DNA of 17,880 bases. Origin: Octopus sinensis (taxonomy: Eukaryota). The notes under the pieces were generated by a model, which was given only the letters and a program-made list of their open reading frames with translations, was not told the origin of the DNA and made no database searches. The translations under genes were made by a program, and so were the position numbers. Location: positions 1 to 17,880 of the forward strand of contig NW_021824728.1 of the NCBI RefSeq assembly GCF_006345805.1, read 5' to 3'. Positions 1-9,907 of the stretch are shown piece after piece. How positions within the stretch are numbered: position 1 is the first letter of the stretch; every line of letters starts with the position of its first letter.

Positions 1-492
1 CACAAACAGTCACATATTGAAATGACCAGAAGGGATGGGTGAAGAAAAAGTTCTTTCAAAGACAGAGAGTGCAAGAGAAGGAGATATGTGTTGGTATGTG
101 CATGTGCGCAGATCTGATACATAATATATATATATATATATGCAATGAATATATGCAAGATATATATTTGAGATAATATTTTCCCTTCAACAGTTTCAAT
201 ATTAATAGGGAAACCTATTAAAACTGAAAGTATTATCTCACTTTACAATAGACATGTTATTGTTTCACTTTTGGCATGTAATACTGATATAGTGTAAGAG
301 ATAAGAGACTGCTCCTGGCCTGCATCATGCAAGAAATTGAAGGTGTTTTTGGCCCATGACACTGCATCAACCCTAATTAGGGAAGGTGTAAAATTTGAAT
401 GAAAACAGTTGGGTATTTCTTGCGTTTTTTGTGATGCACACATACGCACAAACAAACAGATACACATTGTCAGTTTTGTGTGTGTGTGTATA

Positions 493-992
493 TCATCATC
501 ATCATCATCATCATTTAGCGTCCGTTCTCCATGCTAGCATGGGTTGGACGGTTCAACTGGGGTCTGGGAAGACAGAAGGCTGCACCAGGCCCAGTCAGAT
601 CTGGCAGTGTTTCTACGGCTGGATGCCCTTCCTAACGCCAACCACTCCGTGAGTGTAGTGGGTGCTTTTTACGTGCCAGACAGAGCTGGCAAACGGCCAC
701 GAACGGATAGTGCTTTTACGTGTCACCAGCACGGGGGCCAGGCGAGGCTGGCAACGAACACGAACGGATGGTGCTTTTACGTGTCACCTGCACGGGGGCC
801 CTGATGTTGATCGACCTCAATTTGGTTCTGCTTTCTGATATATGTATTGATTTGGTTTGATTTTTATTTTGACTGTTCTCACTGGTCTTGCCGGGTTTTC
901 TCACTCACAGCATACTTCCAAAGGTCTCGGTCTCTGGTCATTTCCTTGGTGAAACCTAAAGTTCGAAGGTCGTGCTTCACCACCTCGACCCA
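493..992 (-). mobile_element. 5'-truncated RTE-clade LINE 3' end (ORF C-terminus + 3' UTR + (ATG)n tail)
   Basis: Minus 992-879 translates [37 protein letters not shown], the typical RTE C-terminal W..VV..DL..LG....M..DR..W motif. The 3' UTR has three repeats of GTGCTTTTACGTG and a CCATGCTAGCATGG palindrome, then a (TGA)n tail at 493-513. Confidence 0.85.
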
Positions 993-993
993 G

Positions 994-1060
994 ATATATA
1001 TATATATATCTATATATATCTATCTATCTATCTATATATATCTATATCTATCTATCTATC

Positions 1061-1106
<46 letters not shown>

Positions 1107-1145
1107 TACATATATATATACATATATATACATATATATATACAT

Positions 1146-1179
<34 letters not shown>

Positions 1180-1231
1180 ACATATATATAATATATATAT
1201 ACATATATATATATATATACATATATATATA
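994..1231. repeat. Compound (TA)n/(TCTA)n/(TACA) microsatellite
   Basis: Direct reading; source of the spurious Y/I-rich ORFs. Confidence 0.95.
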
Positions 1232-1748
1232 AGCTGCTATATTCTACATTGTTCTGAAGACGATGTCAATAAATGATAAACCATTATTGCAACATGGAAA
1301 GAAAAACACGGTAAATCCTGCGAAAGACACAAGCAATGATACAAACAGTTTACCCCATACTCTTAGACACACTTACATACACGCTCACACACACATATAT
1401 ATATACATATATTTATATATACACCCACTCACCAATCTATGAATATAAAGATTCCTTCCCTTTGCTAAAAGATGTTTGACTATATTTAATAAAGTGAATC
1501 AGAGTCAGTACTATTTATGTAGATGTCACACTATTGATTAAAACAACTCTTTACATTTGCCTAAAGCAAGAGGCGAGGAATAAATAACAATATTCAACTG
1601 GGAATAGAAAAATGGTAAGGCTTGAGTGTGTCTGTACTCATTCGTGCACACACACACACTCACACACAAATGCATATATACTGTATATACATATATATAT
1701 ATGTGTGTGTACACATACAGATGTATTTATATATGTATACATATATAT

Positions 1749-1934
1749 GTAACTGAAGCAATTTAAAGATATTTAAAGATATATATATACACATATATCT
1801 ATATTTATATATAGTTACATATATATCATTTTTATTTATGTATATTCAAATATATATGAATATTCATATCTATATATATATGTTTATAAAGTTATATATA
1901 TATATATACTTATATGATGGTGCCCCAACATGAC
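1749..1934 (+). repeat. Local direct duplication, copy 1 (copy 2 at 2644-2836)
   Basis: GTAACTGAAGCAATTTAAAGATAT...GATGGTGCCCCAACATGAC is repeated about 895-900 bp downstream. Confidence 0.85.
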
Positions 1935-2643
1935 TGCAGCCTTTGAGCAGAAACTGGTTAAAGAGTTATATATATATGTATGTATATATATATATATATA
2001 TATATAGAGAGGAGAGAGAGATGAGTGGATACATAGATATGTAAATACTCTTATATACAGAGTTGAGGGCATTTGTGAACTTACTTGTAAATGCAAAAAT
2101 AAGTGCTCAACACACACATGCATGCATGCATGCATGCACACACTTATACACACACACACATACTTGAGATGTGTATTTGTAAACAAAGTGACTATGTATT
2201 ATTCCCTTTACCTTACAGAAGTTTAAAGGTCACATGAATGTAGGAGACACTGTGAATATTAAATAAACATTCTATTTTCACTCCTGATGTAAACACACAC
2301 ACACACACACAGTTACCTGCATTAATATTCTGCTGAACCTGATACAAACACTTGTAATCTACTCACAAACAATTCAATACACACTCACTCACACACACAT
2401 ACACACAAATATTAATACAATGAGAGCAATCTTTTATTAGAACAGCTGTAAAAGAATAGATGTAAGTGCTTTATATATATGTGTGTATGTGTGTGTGTGT
2501 GTGCGTGCGATGTACTCAACTTGTGCACACAGGCATACTCACACACGTTTGTGTATAGCTTTACACACACACACATACACACACCTAATGGTGAATATTT
2601 GTCTGTTTATATTGTATACATAATATATGTATACATAATATAT

Positions 2644-2777
2644 GTAACTGAAGCAATTTAAAGATATAATATATATATATACACATATATCTATATTTAT
2701 ATATAGTTACATATATATAATTTTTATTTATGTATATACAATATATATGAATATACATATATAATATGTTTATATAG

Positions 2778-2813
<36 letters not shown>

Positions 2814-2836
2814 TTATGATGGTGCCCCAACATGAC
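2644..2836 (+). repeat. Local direct duplication, copy 2
   Basis: Shares unique anchors and intervening AT-rich sequence with 1749-1934. Confidence 0.85.
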
Positions 2837-3074
2837 GTGAAGGTTTTAGATTCAATACCATAAGGTATTGCTAACACATTTCTTTGACACCTAAAACTCT
2901 TGTGCCAAAGGTAGCCGCCACAGTCACTGACTTTTGAAATGCATGTAATCACAGTTCAAATGTTGTTGTTGTTTGTGGCTGAAATACAGGAACTAACCAC
3001 TCTTCTGTGCAAGAAATAATGTTTAATCTCATTTTAGAATAACTTTATATTAAATGACTTCCTGTTTACATCAT

Positions 3075-3160
3075 CTGTTATTTTACTTGGTTCAGTCACT
3101 GAATCATGGCCATGCTGGGGCACTGCCTTAAAGGGTTTTAGCTGAATGAATTGACCCCAC
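3075..3160 (-). mobile_element. SINE 3'-end fragment
   Basis: The reverse complement contains GGGGTCAATTCATTCAGCTAAAA...GGCAGTGCCCCAGCATGGCCA, similar to the 3' end of the SINE at 9519-9856 and to fragments near 1917 and 10765. Confidence 0.6.
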
Positions 3161-3616
3161 ATATATTATACCCCAGGCAAGCCATGTTTGGCACTTAAAA
3201 AGATGAAGGAACCCAATATATAATTAAATGAAAGCTCCTTGAACAAGCAGGCACTTATATAAATGGGAGCAAGTGATGTAAGCTTAGCTTGGCTGGGGGA
3301 ACAAGAATCCTAAAAAAACTTGCGACAATTGGGAACCTTTTTATACTCCAGGATAAAAGTATTTAGTCAATGCCCTCATCTAAAATGTTTCCTACAACAA
3401 ACTTGGAATTCCCTATTTGTTGAATAAGCCAACCACACCTCCTTTGAATATCACTATGGCCAGAGCTGCTGAAAGGGAGATGACCCTGTCCTACTATATA
3501 TATATATATATATATATACATATAGATCAAAGCAATCTGAAGCAAATTTTTTATCTATATATGTAATTCCCAATAAATGTGTTGAGTGCCCTTCTTTAAT
3601 TTGTTCGCTCACTTGT

Positions 3617-3654
<38 letters not shown>

Positions 3655-3692
3655 GAATTTGATGGAATTTTCTGATATGTCAGCTCCTCTCA

Positions 3693-3747
3693 AACCATCT
3701 AACCCATGCCGGCATGGAAGTAAGACGTTAAATGACGATGATGATGA
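3693..3747 (+). mobile_element. Very short 3' terminus of the same RTE family as 493-992
   Basis: CTAACCCATGCCGGCATGGAAGTAAGACGTTAAATGACGATGATGATGA is the reverse-orientation equivalent of 493-550. Confidence 0.75.
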
Positions 3748-3779
3748 AAATATAAGTCCTGAGTGAACATAAGCATTTT

Positions 3780-4600
3780 ACTTTAAAAATATCAGTGGTC
3801 ATTCTTGTAATGATGAATCAAGTAGGAAGGGGTCAAAGAAAAGGCTACAAACACTTTTTAAAGACATTAAAGGGCATACAAACTGTGTACCCTGTGCAGC
3901 TCATTCACTCAACTTTGTGGGAAATAAAACTGTGCCTATTGTGTTTTAAGATGTCGAATATGTTTGCATTTTTTAAGAACTGTATGTTTTCTTAACTGGA
4001 CTCCAATGAAGACAAAGAACTTAATTACCCAACGCAATCAACATTGTTATCTTTGGAGGGCTTCAAGGTACCTGAATAGTCTACACACCACAAAAAATTC
4101 AACGCAAGTAAAAATGGATATATATGTCTGTTTTATAAACTCTCAAACATATTTTGAAAACTCAGAGAAGGAAAATTTATGAATGTAAATGGTATGCAAC
4201 AAATGTATATCATAAAGTTGCAATGCTGGAATATGGCAATTTAAGAGTTGCTTAGCAAGGAATGTGGAAGCATTTTAATGAAGCAAATAAGGAACTCCAC
4301 ATCCTGTGTTTTAATATATCTGAAAATCATCTTAAGCCACCGTCTTTACTGTTTTTTTAGTTGAAGAACTCTGAGAAATTTCAGGTGCTAAGATGTTATA
4401 TCATGAATGAAGGAAAGGGTTTTTGCGTGAAAATGTCACTTTAAGCTATTCTGATATTTCCAAATGCATCATTACAAAGACATATTCAAAGAGAACATGA
4501 TATTGCTTCTCTAGGAGGAACTGAAAAATTTAGAATCGATGTTCAAAATCAATCCAATGACTGCATAGTGATCCAGGGGGATTAACCCAATGGGCAGAAT
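3780..4600 (+). pseudogene. Decayed hAT-superfamily transposase (ZMYM1-like) fragment
   Basis: The frame from 3782 reads FKNISGHSCNDESSRKGSKKRLQTLFKDIKGHTNCVPCAAHSLNFVG. This resembles hAT 'CRGQSYDN..NM.G...G.Q' plus the CxxH motif 'VPCAAHSLNLVG'. Later pieces read KVAMLEYGNLRVA*QGMWKHFNEANKEL and EKFRIDVQNQSNDCIVIQ. Multiple stops and frameshifts; no TIRs found. Confidence 0.75.
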
Positions 4601-4667
4601 GTAGAATGGTTCAAGTTACTCACAGAATTGGTAAACAATTTTGAAATTGATGAGGATAATTTTGGCT

Positions 4668-4733
4668 TCAAGTTTTTTGGTACAAGGCCATCAAGTTCAG
4701 GGGAGTGGGTAAGTCAATTACATTGACCCCAAT
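4668..4733 (-). mobile_element. Fragment of a second SINE family (3' end)
   Basis: The reverse complement TGGGGTCAATGTAATTGACTTACCCACTCCCCTGAACTTGATGGCCTTGTACCAAAA resembles a common octopus SINE tail. Recognition from memory only. Confidence 0.45.
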
Positions 4734-4736
4734 GCA

Positions 4737-4995
4737 AGCCAGGAGGCCACACTAGGCTCCAATTCAATCTGGCAATGATTCTACAACTGGATGCCTTTCC
4801 TAACACCAACCAATCTAAGAGTGTAGTGGACGCTTTTTACATGCCACCAGCACAGGAGTCAGTCAGGCAGCACTGGCATCAACTATGTTCAGATGGTGTT
4901 TATAGCGTGCCACAAGCATGGGAGCCAGTCAGATGGCACTAACATTGGCCACAACTACAATTCTATTTGATTTGATTTGATTTTACTTGAGTCAA
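4737..4995 (-). mobile_element. Diverged 3' UTR copy of the RTE family at 493-992
   Basis: Aligns by eye with 575-860, e.g. CTGGATGCCTTTCCTAACACCAACCA...GAGTGTAGTGG, GCTTTTTACATGCCA and ATTTGATTTGATT. Confidence 0.75.
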
Positions 4996-5012
4996 TACAT
5001 AGAAAAACACCT

Positions 5013-5050
<38 letters not shown>

Positions 5051-5087
5051 AAATTAGAGAAAAAAACCATCATGTATATATATATAT

Positions 5088-5244
5088 GATGGGCTTCTTT
5101 CAGTTTCTGCATACCAAATCCACTTACAAGGTTTTGGTAGGCCTGAGGCTATAGTAGAAGACACCTGCCTAAGATTCCACACAGTCGGACTGAACCCAGA
5201 ACCATGTGGTTGGCAAGCAAGCACCTTACCACACAGCCACACCT
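5088..5244 (-). mobile_element. tRNA-derived SINE, 5' half
   Basis: The reverse complement starts AGGTGTGGCTGTGTGGTAAGG (box A-like) and contains GGGTTCAGTCC (box B-like). It is collinear with 9521-9680. Confidence 0.85.
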
Positions 5245-5293
5245 ATCTGTATAACAAAGAGAAAAGATTAATTCATGCATGAAGATAACTTAC

Positions 5294-5370
5294 CTGTTGA
5301 ACCAAGTATCAGTATATCTTGGGTATGGGAATGGATCATGACTGCTAAAATCAAAACTTGCATCCGCGTT
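5294..5370 (-). CDS. PCSK2: Prohormone convertase 2 (neuroendocrine convertase 2), 77-bp internal coding exon
   Basis: Minus strand reads tttgttaattttcag|AACGCGGATGCA...TGGTTCAACAG|gtaagt = NADASFDFSSHDPFPYPRYTDTWFN(S). This is near-identical to the PC2 segment 'NAEASYDFSSNDPYPYPRYTDDWFNS' before the catalytic His (HGTRC). Strong splice sites. Confidence 0.95.
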
Positions 5371-5630
5371 CTGAAAATTAACAAATATACAGCATAATAA
5401 GATGTGTTACATTTATCACAAAACCATTTCACAGATATATACCCTTGGTCATCAATATATATCATAATCATATGGAATATTATGAAATAGTATAGAAGAA
5501 TTACCTTTAATTCCTTTATATATATATATAATAATTATTTGAGGGAATATTATTCCTAACTTACAGGGAAAAATTCAATTTAGAAATACTAAATCAAATT
5601 TCACAAAATATTATATATATATATATATAT

Positions 5631-5922
5631 AAATTAGAAAAAAAACACTTTTATCAATTCAAAATGAACAATTAAATTATACCATCTATAAAATTACATA
5701 TAATAGAAATATTGAAATTAAAATAACAATAATATACCGATGATTAAGTAAATTGCAAAATAATAATAAAAACGTATATATACATTTTTATTATTATTTT
5801 GCAATTTACTTAATCATCTGTATTTTATTGTTATTTTAATATTTCTATTATATGTAATTTTCTAGATGGTATAATTTAATTGTTCATTTTGAATTGATAA
5901 AAGGTGTTTTCTTTTCTAATTT
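5631..5922. repeat. Near-perfect, loopless ~290-bp palindrome embedded in (TA)n
   Basis: 5631-5778 is the reverse complement of 5779-5922, with a few mismatches and one 6-bp indel. The centre is GTATATATAC and both flanks are (TA)n. Confidence 0.92.
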
Positions 5923-5936
5923 ATATATATATATAA

Positions 5937-6193
5937 AAAATAGTGTACATTTAAACATAAGAGAAAACTACCTTTAACGGGTAATTTTTACATGCTAGAA
6001 GTAGCCAAAATGACCAAAACCACATTTAATAGCAATTTTCGAAGGAAAGCAAAAATATTACTATTAAATGTTTTGGAAGGAAATGAAAAAATTGCTCTTA
6101 AATGTGGTTTTGGTCGTTTTGGCTACTTCTTCTAATGTGTAAAAATTACCTGTTAAAGGTAGTTTTCTCTTGTGTTTAAATGTACACTATTTT
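5937..6193. repeat. Long inverted repeat (~103-bp arms, ~48-nt spacer)
   Basis: AAAATAGTGTACATTTAAACA...AGCAATTTT (5937-6039) pairs with AAAATTGCT...TGTTTAAATGTACACTATTTT (6088-6193). Confidence 0.9.
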
Positions 6194-6456
6194 ATATTAC
6201 GAATATGTTGTCTATTGACTATTTATACATGCTAGGCCACTGGTGGTGATATTTCTAAAGAATATTCACTACCCTATATATGTATCTTACGAGTATATAT
6301 ATATATATATATACAGCACCAAATAGACCTACACATGTTTCATTGCAATCTTACTATAGTACTAATGTGGTTTCTTATATATGTACACACTCCATAAACA
6401 ACCATTTCCTATAAATTAACAATTCATTTTCTATACATGTTTATATTTTCTACAGA

Positions 6457-6657
6457 GTGAAACAATTCCATTTTGGAACAATGGACCACAAAATACACAC
6501 AAAGCTATAAATTGTAACATGTAAATATTGAGGTGAAAAATCCCTTTCATAAGGACAAGCCAAAGGCTTCAAAGGTTTTACAACACAATATTTACATGCT
6601 GTTGTCTATAGCTTTATGTGTTTCCAGATCCACTGTTACAGAGAAGAATTATTTCAC
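6457..6657. repeat. Old imperfect fold-back (MITE-like) element, ~90-bp arms
   Basis: 6457-6547 pairs with 6571-6657, e.g. CATGTAAATATTG/CAATATTTACATG, AAAGCTATA/TATAGCTTT and GTGAAA/TTTCAC. Confidence 0.7.
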
Positions 6658-6761
6658 GCAGTCTCACATGTTTATAAAGTTCTTGCAGCATTAGTGTGGA
6701 ACAGTCAAATAAAAGTTATATGTATATGTATGTGTGTGTGTTTGTGTGTGTGTGCGTGTGT

Positions 6762-7004
6762 ATCATCATCATCGTCGTTTAACGTCTGATTTCCATGCTG
6801 GCATGGGTTGGACAGTCTGAGTTAGGATTGGCAAGCCAGAGGCTGCACCAGGCTCCAATCTGATTTGACAAGGTTTCTACAGCTGGATGTCCTTCCTAAT
6901 GCCAACCACTTTGAGAGTGTAGTGGGTGCTTCTTATGTGCCACAGGCATGGGGGCCAGTCAGGCAGTACTGGCATTGACCACATTCAGATAGTGCTTTTT
7001 ACGT
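6762..7004 (-). mobile_element. 3' UTR/tail copy of the RTE family at 493-992
   Basis: (CAT)n tail, then CCATGCTGGCATGGGTTGGAC, GGCTGCACCAGGC and GCTGGATGTCCTTCCTAATGCCAACCAC, collinear with 493-720. Confidence 0.85.
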
Positions 7005-7128
7005 ATGCATGTATGTGTGTGTGTGTATGTGTATATATGTGTGTGTATGTATATATATATATATATATACATATATGTGTGTATGTATATATATATGTGT
7101 GTGTGTGTGTATATATATGTGTATGTGT

Positions 7129-7315
7129 GTCGATTTTTTTCCTCCGTCTTCCCTTCTTTGGATCTTTCCTTTTCCTATGTTTCTGAGAAAGAGGTCTGCT
7201 CGGAACATTAAACCCTCCTTCTTTCCTTCTTTCCTGAGCGTCCAATAATACTATACTTGTTCCACGTCCTCGCGTTGTTGTGTTTTCTCTTTGTGTTTTC
7301 ATGTTTGAATTAACT
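7129..7315 (+). mobile_element. Microsatellite-flanked repeat with a degenerate minimal hammerhead motif (putative Penelope-like element terminal repeat)
   Basis: Non-simple segment between (TG/TA)n and (TA)n. 7179-7213 reads GTTT-CTGAGAA-A-GAG gtctg CTC-GGAAC-ATT-AAAC, which follows the minimal type I hammerhead layout with substitutions. The PLE assignment is inference. Confidence 0.45.
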
Positions 7316-7540
7316 ATATATATATATATATATATATATTGATAAAATGAATAGAAATGGCTTTTCTAATAATTTTCCACTTAAATAATCACACATTTAT
7401 AAGTTATTAGGTGTTTACTATATTTATATTAAAACTAATGTTGTGAAATTTAAAATGGACATTTTGAATATAAACACTTTATTTCAAAGTACTGCAATCA
7501 ATATGTAAGAAATAGGTTATATATATATATATATATATAT

Positions 7541-8830
7541 CATGTATTTTTATTTTTGCAGTTTTATTGTTTGTCTATGCCAGAAAAAAGGCTTTTTCGT
7601 TCGTCCTCTTGTGTTTGTTTTTGTACATGTATTTTAATTTTGCAGTCTATTGTTACGTCTTGTCTGTGTTCGTACTCATTGTGCCCCGCTGCTTGAAATT
7701 TTATTTTAATTCTCTCGCAGGAAGGCCTATTGGATTAGTGTTCTGTTATGCCTTCGAAACATGCCTGACTCCTTTAGCGACAGCTGATGACGGGGGTTTT
7801 GTCCTTGTGTAGCTCGTCCTGTATTTGTTTTTCGTTTTCCGTTTTCTTGTTTTTTGTTTTTTGGCTTTTTCCGTTTCTACGTCTTATTGTGATGTCCTGT
7901 ACTCCCGTATAATTATTGATATATGCATGTATATATACATGTAGATGTAGGTACGTACATATATGTTTGTATGTATGCATATATTTTTATTTATCTCCTT
8001 ATTGTCTGACAGCGCCCCGCATCAGGTTCGTTCCGATTCGTCGTTTCGATCCACTTCTTGGTCCCCTTTTTTATATTTATATTATTATATTGAAGATGCG
8101 GTACTCTCTCCCTTTGCTTTAACCTCTTCAATCTTTCTCCCTCCCCCTCCTCCTCTCTCTTCGCCGCGTGTCCCCCTCCTCCTTCCCTCTTCTTGCCTAT
8201 AAAACAAAATTCCTTTACACGTGGTTCCCACTATTAAAAGACTGCCTCCACACGCTGCTACTACACTTCGTCCTTGCCAGCAAAAGGCTTCTTCGTTCGT
8301 CCCCTTGTGTGGTTGATTTCCTGTATAGTATTCTTGTTATTTTCTCGTTTTGTAACTAATTGTACTTTTTGTACATGTATTTTTATTTTTGCAGTTTTAT
8401 TGTTTGTCTATGCCAGAAAAAAGGCTTTTTCGTTCGTCCTCTTGTGTTTGTTTTTGTACATGTATTTTAATTTTGCAGTCTTATTGTTACGTCTTTCTGT
8501 GTTCGTACTCATTGTGCCCCGCTGCTTGAAATTTTATTTTAATTCTCTCGCAGGAAGGCCTATTGGATTAGTGTTCTGTTATGCCTTCGAAACATGCCTG
8601 ACTCCTTTAGCGACAGCTGATGACGGGGGTTTTGTGTCCTGTGTAGCTCGTCCTGTATTTGTTTTTCGTTTTCCGTTTTCTTGTTTTTTGTTTTTTGGCT
8701 TTTTTCCGTTTCTACGTCTTATTGTGATGTCCTGTACTCCCTTATAATTATTGATATATGCATGTATATATACATGTAGATGTAGGTACGTACATATATG
8801 TTTGTATGTATGCATATATTTTTATTTATC
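7541..8830 (+). mobile_element. (TA)n-flanked element with partial tandem structure: ~455-bp direct repeats (7541-7995, 8374-8830), period ~833 bp
   Basis: Two near-identical copies are separated by a ~378-bp pyrimidine- and CpG-richer spacer with a TATA-like CCTATAAAA (~8196-8204). (TA)n lies on both sides. Family not identified. Confidence 0.8.
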
Positions 8831-8831
8831 A

Positions 8832-8862
<31 letters not shown>

Positions 8863-9280
8863 TTTTGTTGTGTGTGTGAGTGTGTGTTAAAGAAATATTT
8901 CTCAAATCTATATAATTCATTTCAGTGCAAATTTTTATCAAGGATTCAATATAAGATTCTAGAATGATAACACTTATAAAATTAAAAAAAAAATAATCGA
9001 TAGAATTACAAAAAAAAAAAAAAAGAATCAACTCACACAACATATTGAAGTAAATACATACATAGATACACACACACAATATATGTGTGTATGTGTGTGT
9101 GTGTAAATGTATGTGCATCTATGCATGTGTTTATATACATTAGTATTTGACTTTTTCTATCCAAAACAATTTTTAACCCAATACTTACATGCTTTTATTT
9201 ATAGCTTTATCTCCTTCAAGTTAAACAGTTAGAAACAAATTACTTCAAGTATGTAGAAGTTTCTAAATTCTTTTAACATA

Positions 9281-9321
<41 letters not shown>

Positions 9322-9413
9322 ACATTCATACATGTCCAACAGCTGAAGCGTAACAGTGAGTATTAAAACTCAGAGTTCTGAATTTAAGTGCATGAGTGTA
9401 TATAAGTATGTAT

Positions 9414-9449
<36 letters not shown>

Positions 9450-9467
9450 GCATACACACACACACAC

Positions 9468-9514
<47 letters not shown>

Positions 9515-9518
9515 CATT

Positions 9519-9856
9519 GCAGGTGTGGCAGTGTGGTAAATGGCTTGCTTACCAACCACATGGTTCCAGGTCAGTTCCACTGCGTGCCACCTTGGACAAG
9601 TGCCTTCTAATATAGACTCGGGCCGACCAAACACTTGTGAGTGGATTTGGTAGACAGAAACTGAAATAAGCTCATCGTATATATTTGTAAGTCTGTGTTT
9701 GTCTCCCCCACCCACCATTGCTTGACAACCAATGTTGGTGCATTTACCTCCCTGTAACGTAATGGTTTGGCAAAAGAAACTGATAGAATAAGTACTAAGA
9801 TTAGAAAGAATAAGTCCTGGGGTTGATTTGCTCAACTAAAGGTGGTGCTCCAGCAT
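9519..9856 (+). mobile_element. tRNA-derived SINE, nearly full length, diverged
   Basis: Head GTGGCAGTGTGGTAA (box A-like) and CCTTGGACAAGTG body are shared with 5088-5244. The 3' part GGGGTTGATTTG...GGTGGTGCTCCAGCAT is shared with other fragments in the window. Confidence 0.85.
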
Positions 9857-9907
9857 ATAAATTAGAACAAAAAAAAGAGAATATATGATGATGATTATTA
9901 TATATAT

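Noticed and set aside
655-800. CRISPR-like or regulatory array from the thrice-repeated GTGCTTTTACGTG
   Set aside because: The spacers are themselves similar. This is a minisatellite within the RTE 3' UTR in eukaryotic DNA.
847-1232. Y/I-rich and C/V- or H/T-rich ORFs here and at 1884-2186, 2585-2833, 6926-7302, 8758-9118, 9326-9835, 12372-12881 and 14371-14574
   Set aside because: They are translations of (TA)n/(CA)n microsatellites and SINEs, with no protein-like content.
1248-1340. Hammerhead-like CTGAAGA + long stem + GAAA next to (TA)n
   Set aside because: Stem II is plausible, but no stem III or NUH cleavage site could be built. At best a decayed relic.
1-5290. Next PC2 exon (HGTRCAGEV...) here, and the preceding exon (...IMDDG) in 13290-17880
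   Set aside because: Searched by eye on the minus strand and not found. They presumably lie outside the window.
7240-7290. HDV-like ribozyme suggested by ACG-TCCTCG-CGT
   Set aside because: No P1.1 GG, P2 or J4/2 elements could be placed.
8274-8747. 157-aa hydrophobic ORF resembling a membrane protein
   Set aside because: It reflects T-rich repeat sequence, and the frame is broken by indels in the sister copy at 7541-7995.
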